From NCBI GenBank assembly GCA_016713535.1, contig JADJOY010000020.1:42900-106899 (forward strand): a stretch of 64,000 nucleotides of DNA, in the 5' to 3' direction. The notes beneath the pieces were generated by a model that saw only the letters and a list, made by a program, of their open reading frames with translations, was not told where the DNA came from and ran no database searches. The stretch comes from Deltaproteobacteria bacterium. Its GTDB lineage: Bacteria > JADJOY01. The position numbers and the translations under genes are program-made. This document shows positions 1-14,603 of this stretch, one piece after another (positions within the stretch are counted from its first letter, which is position 1; the number at the start of each line of letters is the position of its first letter).

Positions 1-200
1 CGGATCAGTGAGACCTGACCGTCATCGGTGCGGACGCGGAAGTAGTCCTGCGGCGAATCGGTGGGGTGCGGGCTCGAACCGAGCCAGCGATCGAGGACGT
101 CGGTCACGGTCCTGCGCCGGCCGTGATCGAGGGGCGCGCGCGGCTCCTCGCCGCCTCGGGAGCCCGCATACGCCTCGACCCGGATCAGCTCCCAGCCCAT
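1..200 (-). CDS. Hypothetical protein, N-terminal fragment running off the left edge (MGWELIRVEAYAGSRGGEEPRAPLDHGRRRTVTDVLDRWLGSSPHPTDSPQDYFRVRTDDGQVSLI...)
   Basis: Translating the reverse complement from an ATG near 198-200 gives a stop-free, high-GC3 reading frame that continues past position 1. It is absent from the ORF track, presumably because it is truncated by the window edge. Confidence 0.4.
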   Translation of the reverse strand, partial: MGWELIRVEAYAGSRGGEEPRAPLDHGRRRTVTDVLDRWLGSSPHPTDSPQDYFRVRTDDGQVSLI

Positions 201-414
201 CTCTCCCTCCGCGGCCCGCGGCGGAGCTTATCCCCCCACGGGGGCGAGAGGGTCGCGTGTCGGTACGGAACCTGCCTTGTTGACTGCCGGGCACGCCCGC
301 AGGCGCCGCCCCCACCCGAACGCGGACGATTCTCTATCATGATTACAATGCCTTACCAGACGACGCCTCCTCCGCCCCCGACTCCCACCGACGGCCAGCC
401 GGGGGGCGATGCGT

Positions 415-445
415 TGACGATTGATCAACACGTTGCGTGTTCGAC
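415..445 (+). promoter_or_regulatory. Two overlapping palindromes (TTGATCAA and AACACG-ttg-CGTGTT) in an AT-richer leader about 40 nt upstream of the kinase/EBP start; candidate operator
   Basis: Perfect inverted repeats visible in the sequence. GC3 is low across 340-480, so this stretch is non-coding leader. Confidence 0.3.
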
Positions 446-479
446 ATCTGTTCCATTCCCGGTGGAGCCGCAGGAACGC

Positions 480-5534
<5,055 letters not shown>

Positions 5535-5538
5535 CCCG

Positions 5539-6920
5539 ATGACGAGTCGACGTGGCTTACGATCGAAGTGTGCCGCGCCGCTGGCGCTCCTGTTCGCGTT
5601 CGCGGTGCGGTGCTCGGGCGGAAGCGCCGGGCTGCCGCCGATTCCGGTCACGCCGCTCAGGGTGATCCAGGCCGCCCCTGCCCGCCGACGGCAGCCTCTC
5701 CGGTGTGGCCGATCCACACCTCCAGGCGATCCCGGTGAGCGGCGCGGTGGTGTCGGGCACGATCACGGCCAACGTCGCGATCGAGGTGCCGGTCGACCAG
5801 ACCTATTTCCTCGAGGTCACCGACGGCCCCACGCCGTCCCGCTCCGGTGGCGCACTGGTCGGCAACGTGGTGTTCGCGTCGGGCGTCGACTCCCCCGACA
5901 CCAGCGCGCTCTTCGTGAGCGGATCCGCCGATCCGATCGACCTCGGGGAGCTGCGCCTCGCGGCGGGCCGGATCTCCCCCACGACCAATCCCCTCGACTT
6001 CGTCGACGCCAACCGAAACGGCATTCCCGACTCGCAGGAGCCGAACGTCGACCCGCTGCGCGTGCTGCGCGTCGAACCGGCCGACGGAGAGCGACGTCGA
6101 CCGCGACGAGGAGATCGAGCTGCGCTTCTCGCTCGCGATCGACGGCGCGACCGTGAGCGACGCCACGATCCGCCTCGAGGGACCGGGCGGCGCCGTGGCG
6201 ATCGTGATCCGGAACGATAGCGAAGGCGACGACGACGCTGGACGCCTGGAGATCGCGGCGCGCGATCCGCTCGCGCCCGGCGCCCGCTACACCCTCGTCG
6301 TGACCACCGGCGTTCGCTCGACCGACGGTCGCGCCCTCGGCGCCGAGTTCCGCAGCAGCTTCACGACCGGCTCGAAGAACGGCGGGTCCGACGACGGCTC
6401 GGGCGGTGGCGGCGGCGGAGGCGGGTCCGACGACGGCTCCGGCGGTGGCGGCGGCGGAGGCGGGTCCGACGACGGCTCCGGCGGTGGCGGCGGAGGCGGC
6501 TCCGATGACGGGTCCGACGACGACTCCGACGATGGAAGCGGCGGTGGGTCCGACGACGGCTCCGGTGGTGGAGGCGGTGGAGGAGGGTCCGATGACGGGT
6601 CCGACGACGACTCCGACGACGGAAGCGGCGGTGGGTCCGACGACGGCTCCGGTGGTGGAGGCGGTGGAGGAGGGTCCGATGACGGGTCCGACGACGGCTC
6701 CGACGACGGAAGTGGCGGTGGTGGTGGTGGGTCGGACGACGGCTCCGACGACGGCTCGGGCGGCGGTGGCGGTGGCTCCGATGATGGCGACGGCGATACG
6801 CCCGACGACGGCATCGATGATGGGTCCGACGATGATTCGGGTGGCGGCGGGGGTGGTGGGTCCGATGACGACCCCGACGACGAGTGCCCGCCGACCGATC
6901 CCGACTACCCGGACTGCTGA
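5539..6920 (+). CDS. Secreted lipoprotein with SbsA/Big-like Ig-fold domains and a roughly 170-residue C-terminal (G)n-S-D-D acidic low-complexity tail. Apparent frameshifts near 5690 and 6110.
   Basis: Signal peptide MTSRRGLRSKCAAPLALLFAFAVRCSGG in frame 1, then Ig-like segments (VVSGTITANVAIEVPVDQTYFLEVTDG; EIELRFSLAIDGATVSDATIRLEG...YTLVVTTGVRSTDGRALGAEFRSSFTT) in the other two frames. The tail is GGSDDGSGGGGGGGG repeats ending DDECPPTDPDYPDC. The start lies 5 nt after the regulator stop. Confidence 0.6.
6376..6890 (+). repeat. Tandem DNA repeats of about 42-45 bp (ggctccgacgacggctccggcggtggcggcgg...) encoding the GSDDG(G)n tail
   Basis: Near-identical units iterate about 10 times in the sequence; likely length-variable (VNTR-like). 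Confidence 0.7.
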
Positions 6921-7363
6921 CCGACCCGCACCGCCGATCGCCGCACCGCCCGCCGAAGTCGCTCCGGTCGCGGGCCGTCCGCTCGGAGGGCCCGACTCCT
7001 GTCGGGCCGCACTGGATCCGCGCCGCGCGCCCGCTCTCCGGGGAACCATCGGCCGGCGCGAAGCGCTCGCAGCCGCGAGCTCTCCAGCCTGTCGGACACG
7101 CGGTTCGTCGCATGCCCGGCGTTCGACCCGAACCGCCGATCGCCGCCGACACGGGCGGTCACGACACGTGCCTGGCGACCGTCGAAGACGGATCGTCATC
7201 GGCGCGGACGCTCCGGCAGCCCCACGCGCGCCGGATCGTCCACCACCGTTCCTGAGCGGCGGCCCGGGGACGTCAGGGCCGTCCCGTCCGAGCCGCGCAA
7301 AACCGGTGTGATCTCGGTCACGCGGCCCGCGAACCTCCGTTTCCCCGAGCTCCGAAGCGCGTC

Positions 7364-7380
7364 CGGTACGACGGCTGCAA
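7364..7380 (+). promoter_or_regulatory. Candidate sigma54 (-24/-12) promoter cGGTACGacggcTGCAa about 100 nt upstream of the 7479 gene
   Basis: GG-N10-GC spacing with TGCA at -12, compared against the consensus TGGCACG-N4-TTGCW. It sits downstream of an EBP gene. Confidence 0.3.
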
Positions 7381-7478
7381 TTTCGCCGCGCCGGCCGCGG
7401 CACTCCGCAGCGGCCGAGGACGGGACCGAGGCGGCGCCGCGTAGGTCGCGACGCCGGGGCCCGAGAGGGGAACTCGAG

Positions 7479-9176
7479 ATGGTTCGGCAACCGGGAAGCA
7501 ATCGCCACCGGCCGTCGCGCGCCGCGCGCTACGGTCTCTCCGTCGTGTTCGCGGCGCTCACCGCATGCTCGGGCGGCGGCTCGGGCAGCGGCGGCGGCAT
7601 GACGCCGCCACCCGGAGACGGCGGTACGCCACCCCCCACCCCCGCGCCCGCTGGAGGGGCGCGCGTCGTGGGTACGGTCACCGACTCGGGCGCGCTCGGC
7701 GGCGCCCGGTCCGGCGCGCCGGCGGGGGGCGTGTCCGTCGAAGTGCGCAACGCAGGCGGTCGAGCGATCGGCTCGGCCACGACGGACGCGGCCGGAGCCT
7801 TCGCGATCTCGGGGTTGCCGGCCGGAGCGGCCGAGCTCCGGATCGCGCTACCGGCGAGCGCCACCGCGCTCGGGGGCGGCGTGTCGCCCGCGCTCGGCCT
7901 CGCGGTCACGCTCGCCGATCGCACCGACGTGACCCTGGTCGAGGACCTCGGCATCACCGACGTGAGCGGAGACGGCCAGCCCGACGCGGTGGTCTTCGCG
8001 GGCTACGTCCGCGACGCGACGGGCGAGCGTGTGCACCTCATGGCCCTCGACCCGCGCGCCGGCCGCACCACGCCCGACACCAACGGCGACGGCTTCGTCA
8101 CCACCGCTGACGCGAGCTTCGACGATGGCAACGGCGACGGCGTCCCCGACGACTCGCAGCAGGACGTGCCGGTGACCTCGGAGGTCCACGCCCGCGGGGT
8201 GATCGACTCGATCGACGCGACCTCGATCACCGTCGGCGGAGTGACGTTCCTGATCGACGGGAGCACGGTGTGGCTCGACCGCACCGGCACGGCGACGGTT
8301 CCTTCGGCGTTCGCGGCCGGTGAACCCGTCGAGGTCGAGGGCGTTCGCACGACCGATGGCTCGGTGGTGGCCACCCGCGTGAAGGAAGAGGACGACCTCG
8401 GCGGCGTCGGCGAAGGCGAGATCGAGCTGACCGGGACGATCGAGGCGCTCGACGCCACGAGCCTCACGGTGCGCGGCGTCACGTTCGCCGTGACCGCCGA
8501 CACCGCGGTCACCGGTCCGTCCAACCAGCCGCTCGCGTTCGGCGACCTCGCGGTGGGCGACTTCGTGGAAGTGAAGGGTCAGGACACCGGCGGCGGAGTG
8601 GTCGCGGTGCGGATCCACCTCGAGGACCTGGGCGACGACTCGGGCGGCGAGGTCGAGCTGCGTGGAACCATCGACGCGATCGACGCGGGCTCCATCACGG
8701 TCGGCGGACAGGTCTTCGCGACGACGGGCGCGACGTCCTATCTCGACGACCGCAACAACCCGATCGGCCTCGGCGACCTCGCGGTCGGCGACCTCGTCGA
8801 AGCCGAAGGCTTCCGGGACGCGAACGGCAACCTCGTCGCGGAGAAGATCAAGCTCGAGGACGAGCTCGGCGGCGGCGGGGGCAGCGACGACGGACCCGGT
8901 GACGACAGCGGCGGTGGTGGTGGCGGCAGCGACGATGGCCCCGGTGACGACAACGGCGGCGGTGGCGGTGGTGGCAGCGACGACGGGCCCGGTGACGACA
9001 ACGGCGGCGGTGGTGGTGGCGACGACGACGGCCCCGGTGACGACAACGGCGGTGGTGGTGGTGGCGACGACGACGGCCCCGGTGACGACGACGGCGGTGG
9101 TGGTGGTGGCGGCGACGACGACGGCGACGACCACGGTGGTGGTGGAGGTGGCGGCGACGATGACGACGACGACTGA
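7479..9176 (+). CDS. Lipoprotein with a carboxypeptidase-regulatory-like domain, three DUF5666-type repeats and a C-terminal poly(Gly)-Asp acidic tail
   Basis: Lipobox LTAC after MVRQPGSNRHRPSRAARYGLSVVFAALTAC. The VEVRNAGGRAIGSATTDAAGAFAISGLPAG segment looks like a CarboxypepD_reg domain. Three repeats of (I/L)D(A)TSITVGGVTF...GDLAVGDFVEV(K/E)G, then GGGGGSDDGPGDDNGGGGGG... ending in DDDDDD. Confidence 0.8.
   Translation: MVRQPGSNRHRPSRAARYGLSVVFAALTACSGGGSGSGGGMTPPPGDGGTPPPTPAPAGGARVVGTVTDSGALGGARSGAPAGGVSVEVRNAGGRAIGSATTDAAGAFAISGLPAGAAELRIALPASATALGGGVSPALGLAVTLADRTDVTLVEDLGITDVSGDGQPDAVVFAGYVRDATGERVHLMALDPRAGRTTPDTNGDGFVTTADASFDDGNGDGVPDDSQQDVPVTSEVHARGVIDSIDATSITVGGVTFLIDGSTVWLDRTGTATVPSAFAAGEPVEVEGVRTTDGSVVATRVKEEDDLGGVGEGEIELTGTIEALDATSLTVRGVTFAVTADTAVTGPSNQPLAFGDLAVGDFVEVKGQDTGGGVVAVRIHLEDLGDDSGGEVELRGTIDAIDAGSITVGGQVFATTGATSYLDDRNNPIGLGDLAVGDLVEAEGFRDANGNLVAEKIKLEDELGGGGGSDDGPGDDSGGGGGGSDDGPGDDNGGGGGGGSDDGPGDDNGGGGGGDDDGPGDDNGGGGGGDDDGPGDDDGGGGGGGDDDGDDHGGGGGGGDDDDDD
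8866..9172 (+). repeat. Tandem 45-bp-unit DNA repeats encoding the GGGGGGSDDGPGDDN tail
   Basis: Six to seven near-identical units in the sequence; paralogous to the repeat array at 6376-6890. Confidence 0.7.
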
Positions 9177-9198
9177 GACCTGAGCTCGACGGTGAAAC

Positions 9199-9236
9199 GG
9201 CGGGGCGGCGCTCACCGGCGCCGCCCCGCTCGTTTG
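9199..9236 (+). terminator. Rho-independent terminator candidate (stem CGGGGCGGCGC/GCGCCGCCCCG, loop TCACCG, then TCGTTTG)
   Basis: Perfect 11-bp GC stem immediately after the 7479..9176 stop, with a short T-run downstream. Confidence 0.5.
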
Positions 9237-9352
9237 CGGCGTCGACCGCGCGGATGGGACAATCGAGGCCCAGCTCGGTTCGTGGAGGCGAGGCGGCGCG
9301 GGTGCCGATCCCCGGCGTCCGGCGCGGCCTCCCGCCAGGAGAGACCCCGTCC

Positions 9353-10471
9353 ATGTCCCGACCTCGTTCGCGCTCGCTCGGCGCCGCGCTCGTCCTCGCG
9401 TTCGCATCCACCCTCGTGCCGGCGCTCGCTGGCGCCGCCTCGATGAAGGTGATGAGCTTCAACATCCGCTACGACGGCGGCGGCTTCTCGAGCCTCACCG
9501 ATCCGACCGGCTGGCTCTACACCTGCGGCCCCCGACGCGATCGCGTCGTCAACACGATCCTCGACGGGGCGCCCGACATCGTCGGGGTGCAGGAAGCGCT
9601 CTACAACCAGGTCCTCGACATCCAGGCCAAGCTGCCCGGCTACGCCTTCTACGGGGTGGGCCGCAACGACGGGAACACGCTCGGCGAGTTCTCGGGCCTG
9701 TGGTACCGCTCGGATCGCTTCACGCGCTTCGACCAGGGCACCTTCTGGCTGAGCGACACGCCCGACGTGCCGGGCACGGTGTTCCCGTGCTCGGGCTCGA
9801 TCCGCATCGCGAGCTGGATGAAGGTCCACGACTCCGTGAGCGGCGCCGACTACTTCGTCCTCGACACCCACTGGGACAACTCCTGCCAGGATTCGCGCGA
9901 GAAGTCCGCGGTGCTGGTGCGTCAGAAGATCAAGGACCTCTCGGGCGGGCTGCCCGTGATCGCGTTGGGCGACCTGAACACGGGCGAGTCGAGCCTGGCG
10001 GTGTCGACGCTGCGCGGGGTCGGCGATCCCACCGGCTTCCAGCTCGCCGACACCTACCGCGAGGTGTTCCCGGTGGCGTCGCCCGACGAGGCGACGTTCC
10101 ACGGCTGGGACGGCGGCGTCGCCGGCTCGCGCATCGACTTCCTCCTCCACACCGCCGACTTCACGCCCACCGCCGCGGCGATCGTCCACACCGGCTTCAC
10201 CTGCGGCTACCCGTCGGACCATTTCCCGGTCACGGCGACGTTCACCACGCCGGGCACGCCGAGCGCCGCCGCCGAGCACGCCTCGGCGAGCGCGGCCCCC
10301 GCGCCGGCGCTGGTCGATCCGTGCATCCCGAACTGCACTGGCTGCGGCGCCAACGTGGCGCCCGCGAGCCGCTCGGCCGCCTCGCCGTGGGGCTGGCTCG
10401 CGGCGACCGGCGCCTTCGCGGCGGTGCTCGGCGCGCGAGTGCGTTCGGCGCGCCGCCGACTCGTCCCGTGA
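9353..10471 (+). CDS. Secreted endonuclease/exonuclease/phosphatase (EEP) family protein with a MYXO-CTERM-like sorting tag
   Basis: Signal peptide [33 protein letters not shown]-fold motifs (MSFNIRYDGG, GVQEA, LGDLNTGE, SDHFPV). C-terminus CTGCGANVAPASRSAASPWGWLAATGAFAAVLGARVRSARRRL. SD AGGAGAG lies 12 nt upstream. Confidence 0.8.
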   Translation: MSRPRSRSLGAALVLAFASTLVPALAGAASMKVMSFNIRYDGGGFSSLTDPTGWLYTCGPRRDRVVNTILDGAPDIVGVQEALYNQVLDIQAKLPGYAFYGVGRNDGNTLGEFSGLWYRSDRFTRFDQGTFWLSDTPDVPGTVFPCSGSIRIASWMKVHDSVSGADYFVLDTHWDNSCQDSREKSAVLVRQKIKDLSGGLPVIALGDLNTGESSLAVSTLRGVGDPTGFQLADTYREVFPVASPDEATFHGWDGGVAGSRIDFLLHTADFTPTAAAIVHTGFTCGYPSDHFPVTATFTTPGTPSAAAEHASASAAPAPALVDPCIPNCTGCGANVAPASRSAASPWGWLAATGAFAAVLGARVRSARRRLVP

Positions 10472-10520
10472 GCGCCGCCCCTCGCATCGACGCCCCCTTC
10501 CCGCTCGAGGACCGTTGCCC

Positions 10521-12413
10521 ATGAACCGCCGCCGACTCGTGTCGTTCGGTCTCACGCTCTCCTTCCTCGTGGCGCTCGCGGGCTGCCACACCATCGCCGC
10601 CGTCGAGCCGCCCGAGAGCTGTGTGGGCAACGTGGTGCGCCTCCGCGGCGCCAACTTCGGCTTCAGCCAGGACGCGAGCCGGGTGTTCTTCGGCGACGTC
10701 GAGGCGACCGAGATCCGCGGCTGGAACCAGGACGCGATCGACGTCGTCGTGCCCGCGGGTGCGGTGACCGCGCCGGTCCGCGTCGAGGCGCTCGGCGAGA
10801 CGCAGTCGTCGCCGAGCGATTTCGTGGTGACGAGCGGGGCACTCGCGTGCCGCGGCTCGATGATCCCGGGACCGAACGAACACGGCTACGACGCCGACCT
10901 CGAGGCGCTCGCTCGCAAGTACGACCGCCAGTTCCACGTCTTCAACGCAGCACCCATGGCGATCAACGCCGACCTCACGGTCGCCCTCGATCGCCCGGCC
11001 GATCGTGAGCTGATCCGCTCGTTCCTGCAGGAGACCGACGGCTGGGACTTCGAGAGCTACGCCGGCAAGTCGATCTACGACACCGTCACCGGCTGGGCGA
11101 AGACCGCGGGCCTCTACGCCGGCGTGGGGATCGCCGCCGACGCCTACCGCTACGGCGTGCTGCGTGACGAGGGCTACCCCGCCGACGAGGTCGCGCGCGC
11201 CCGCCAGCACCTCGTCGCCGCCCTCGACGCGCTCCACCTCGCGCTCGAGATCACCGGCGTCGAGGGCGTGATCGCGCGCGGCTTCATCCGCCGCGACATC
11301 CCGGGCGACGGCGTCACCCAGCCCACCACGCCGCTCTTCGACGGAAACGGCAACCCGCTGCCACCCGAGAAGACGAACGGCACCTGGCGCGAGGACAACT
11401 CGGGCGGGCGCTACCCGAACTACATCTGGGAAGACTCGTGCAGCCGCGACCAGTTCATCGGCTGGGCGGCCGCCATGGGCGCCGCGTGGGAGGTGATCGC
11501 CGCCGATCCCACGTTCAGCGACGACGCGCGGACACGACTGCAGGCCGACGCGCTGGCGCTCGGCCGCATGCTCTCCACCGTGCAGGCGAGCGGCTACGAC
11601 CTCGAGATCCAGGACGCCGACGGCCGCCCCACCTTCCACGCCTACCTGAACGAGAACGCCTTCGACCGGATCTATCTGCCCTTCCTGCCGTTCAAGGACG
11701 GGTTCTACGCGGCGATGTCGCTCGGCATCGTGTCGTCGTTCGTCTACACGAGCGGTGACGCCGGGCTCGCCAGCTACCTCGACGACACGCTCATCGGCGC
11801 GCGCCGCCTCGGTGACATCGTCGCCGCCAACCTGATCGGCGTCGACGTGGGTTACCAGTCGAACTTCAGCGGCGTGAACATGGTGGCGCAGGGGCTGCTG
11901 CTCGCGCAGCGCTACGTCACCCAGCCCGGCGCTCGCGAGGACCTCATCACCAGCGTGAAGTGGAAGTTCTACGACAAGCCGACCACCCGCCAGCCCGTCG
12001 AGCAGGGCCAGACCCTCTACGACTTCACCTTCGCCGCGGGCAGCGCCGACGCGTCGGCCTACGGCGCCTTCCCGCGCCGCCCCGACGCCGAGGCGATGGC
12101 GCGCGGCCTCGCGACGCTGAAGGCGTTCCCCGAGCCGCCCTACTGGGACGTCGCGCGCACCAACTGCGACGCCGACGAGATCGCCTCCGGCGCGTGCACC
12201 GCCGACGACGGCAGCCACCTCGACGTGCTCGGCTACATCGGCCGCAACGACGACCTGATCACCACCCAGCCGATCCCGATGCGCATCCGCCCACCGAGCA
12301 ATTACCACTGGCGCTCCAACCCGTACATCCCGAACGGCGGCGGCGACGGCAGCCGGCTCATCCCCGGGGTCGACTTCCGCTACACGTACTGGCTCGGCCG
12401 CTGGGTGTCGTAG
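10521..12413 (+). CDS. Lipoprotein (lipobox LAGC) with an N-terminal IPT/TIG-like domain; function unknown
   Basis: MNRRRLVSFGLTLSFLVALAGC then VVRLRGANFG...VRVEALG (Ig-like). Coding-like high GC3 throughout. Confidence 0.7.
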   Translation: MNRRRLVSFGLTLSFLVALAGCHTIAAVEPPESCVGNVVRLRGANFGFSQDASRVFFGDVEATEIRGWNQDAIDVVVPAGAVTAPVRVEALGETQSSPSDFVVTSGALACRGSMIPGPNEHGYDADLEALARKYDRQFHVFNAAPMAINADLTVALDRPADRELIRSFLQETDGWDFESYAGKSIYDTVTGWAKTAGLYAGVGIAADAYRYGVLRDEGYPADEVARARQHLVAALDALHLALEITGVEGVIARGFIRRDIPGDGVTQPTTPLFDGNGNPLPPEKTNGTWREDNSGGRYPNYIWEDSCSRDQFIGWAAAMGAAWEVIAADPTFSDDARTRLQADALALGRMLSTVQASGYDLEIQDADGRPTFHAYLNENAFDRIYLPFLPFKDGFYAAMSLGIVSSFVYTSGDAGLASYLDDTLIGARRLGDIVAANLIGVDVGYQSNFSGVNMVAQGLLLAQRYVTQPGAREDLITSVKWKFYDKPTTRQPVEQGQTLYDFTFAAGSADASAYGAFPRRPDAEAMARGLATLKAFPEPPYWDVARTNCDADEIASGACTADDGSHLDVLGYIGRNDDLITTQPIPMRIRPPSNYHWRSNPYIPNGGGDGSRLIPGVDFRYTYWLGRWVS

Positions 12414-12500
12414 CGAGCGCCTTCGCGCCGCACCGTCACGCTCGGCTCGCCGACGCACCCGTTGCTGTGTCCGGCTGCACCGATCGCCCCGAAAGGAATC

Positions 12501-12590
12501 GGGAGGGCTGACGCCCTCCCCTACATGCCCACGGGTCGTCCCGTGGCCTGCGTAGGGGCGGGGCCCGTCCCCGCCCGGCGGGGGCCATCC
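12501..12590 (+). repeat. REP-like multi-hairpin element, family C (GGGAGGGCTGACGCCCTCCCCTACATGCCCACGGGT...CGTAGGGGCGGGGCCCGTCCCCGCC)
   Basis: Three stem-loops in series. Related copies occur at 17624-17700 and 20950-21012. Confidence 0.6.
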
Positions 12591-12639
12591 AGGGCCCCAA
12601 AACCGCGCTCTCGTGCGGGAAAGCAATGCGAACCGGCCT

Positions 12640-12706
12640 GTAAAGCTTAAGCCGGACAATTTTGTAGAGCATCAGCTTTACGATTTTGTATAGCAACAGC
12701 TTTACA
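12640..12706 (+). promoter_or_regulatory. AT-rich array of dyad-symmetric sites: TGTAAAGC half-site, then two tandem 24-bp units TGTAnAGC-N4-GCTTTAC(A/G); candidate operator or enhancer 130 nt upstream of the TPR gene
   Basis: ATTTTGTAGAGCATCAGCTTTACG and ATTTTGTATAGCAACAGCTTTACA sit directly side by side; TGTAAAGCT lies upstream as the reverse-complement half-site. GC content drops sharply here against the 72% GC background. Confidence 0.45.
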
Positions 12707-12836
12707 AGCGGGCCTCCACGGCACCTCACGGCCGGCTCGACCACGGCACGTCCCACCGATGGCGACCCTCCCGGACAACGTCGCTACGCTGTCGGGACTT
12801 CTACTACACCCACGGCTGCGGCCTTCGGAGGAACCG

Positions 12837-14539
12837 ATGCATCGACATCGCCGGTTGCTGGTCGTCCCGATCGCGCTCGCCACGCTGTTCACCCTCGCCG
12901 CCGCGCGCGCCGCGACCGCGCAGCACGAGGGCCACACCGACGTCGCCACGGCGGAGAACCTCGGCGCCACCACCACCGCCGGCGCGCTGTCGCCCAAGCT
13001 CCACGACCTCGGCAGCTATTCGCGCAAGGCCTCGACACGCTCGGCGCAAGCCCAGACGTACTTCGATCAGGGGCTGATGCTCGCGTACGCCTTCAACCAC
13101 GCCGAGGCGGAGCGCTCGTTCCGCGAGGCGCAGCGCCTCGATCCCGGCTTCGCGATGGCGTGGTGGGGCCAGGCGTACGTGCTCGGCCCCAACATCAACG
13201 CGCCGATGGACGAGGGTGCGGTCGGCTCCGCGTACGAGGCGGTGCGCAAGGCCGTCGAGCTCGAGGGCAAGGCGAAGCCCTGGGAGCAGGGGCTGATCGC
13301 CGCGCTCGCGGTGCGCTACGGCACCGACCCGAAGGCGGACCGCAAGCCGCTCGACGCCGCCTACGCGCGGGCCATGCAGGACCTCGCCACGCGCCATCCA
13401 AAGGATCCCGACATCCTCGCCATGGCCGCCGAGTCCATCATGGACACCGATCCATGGAACTACTGGACCAACGACGGCCACCCGCGTCCCTACACCGAGG
13501 ACGTGCTGCGGCTGATCGAGAGCGCGCTCGCGGTGAGCCCGAGCCACCCGCTCGCCCTGCACCTCCACATCCACGCCACCGAGGCCTCGCAGGACCCCGA
13601 TCGCGCCCTCGCGAGCGCCGAGAAGCTCGGCCGGGTCGCGCCCGGCGCGGGGCACCTCGTGCACATGCCCGGCCACGCGTTCTTCCGCGTCGGCCGCTAC
13701 CAGGACGCGGTGCAGGCCAACCTCGACGCGATCGCGGTCGACGAGAGCTACATCACCCAGTGCCGCGCGCAGGGCATCTACCCCGCGGCCTACTATCCCC
13801 ACAACATCCACTTCCTGTGGATCGCATCCGCCTACCTCGGCAAGTCCGCCGACGCTCTCGACGCCGCGCACAAGACCGCGAGCAAGGCGCACCCGGGCTG
13901 CCGCTGCCGACCGACCAGTTCCTGGTCACGCCGCTGCACACGCTGGTCAAGTTCGCGCGCTGGAAGGACGTGCTCGGGTACGCCCAGCCGCCCGCCGAGA
14001 ACGTCTTCGCAACCGGCCTGTGGCACTTCGCGCGCGGCATGGCGCTCGCAAACACCGGCGACCCGGGCGCCGCGCAGGCCGAGCTCGAGGCGCTGCGCGC
14101 CGCGCGCAAGAACCCCGCGTTCCCACCCCAGCTCCTCATGGTGAACTCGTCGCCCGCGCGGCTCGCGGAGATCGCCGAGCGCTCGCTGGCCGGCGAGATC
14201 GCGTGGCAGCGCGGCGAGAAGGAGAAGGCCCTCGCCGAGCTCGACGCGGCGGCGCGCCTCGAGGACTCGCTCACCTACAACGAGCCGCCCGACTGGCCCT
14301 TCCCCGTGCGCCACTCCCTCGGCGCGTTGCTCCTCGACCTCGGCCGCCCCGTCGAGGCCGAGGCGGTGTACCGCGAGGACCTGCGGCGCAGGCGCGAGAA
14401 CGGCTGGGCGCTCTTCGGTCTGGTGCAGTCGCTACGCGCTCAGGGCGAGGACCGCGCGACCGACCTGGCGCAGGCCGAGGCGCGCTTCCAGAAGGCGTGG
14501 GCCAAGTCCGACCTGGCGCTCACGTCGTCGCGGTTCTGA
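12837..14539 (+). CDS. Periplasmic TPR-repeat protein; apparent 1-bp frameshift near 13890 at CCCGGG (ORF-track pieces 12759..14144 and 12686..14539)
   Basis: SD GGAGGAA, then ATG and signal peptide MHRHRRLLVVPIALATLFTLAAARAATA. Helical TPR-like sequence continues across the frame junction (KAHPG | LPLPTDQFLVTPLHTLVKFARW). Confidence 0.7.
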
Positions 14540-14603
14540 GCGCGGCCGAGGCCCGGGAACCGTCGACCCGGAAGAGCGCGGGCGAGCGGCGCCGGGCACG
14601 CCA

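Noticed and set aside
6287-6814. Poly-Pro/Ser/Glu ORF (PPPPPPEPSSDPPPP...) on the minus strand
   Set aside because: It is the reverse-complement reading of the (GGC/GGT)n-GAC-GAC repeat array that encodes the Gly/Asp tail of the plus-strand lipoprotein.
6376-6890. RTX-type (GGxGxDxUx) calcium-binding beta-roll interpretation of the GGSDDGSGGGGGGGG repeats
   Set aside because: The unit length is 14-15 residues and there is no hydrophobic U position. The tail is better described as a flexible acidic low-complexity region.
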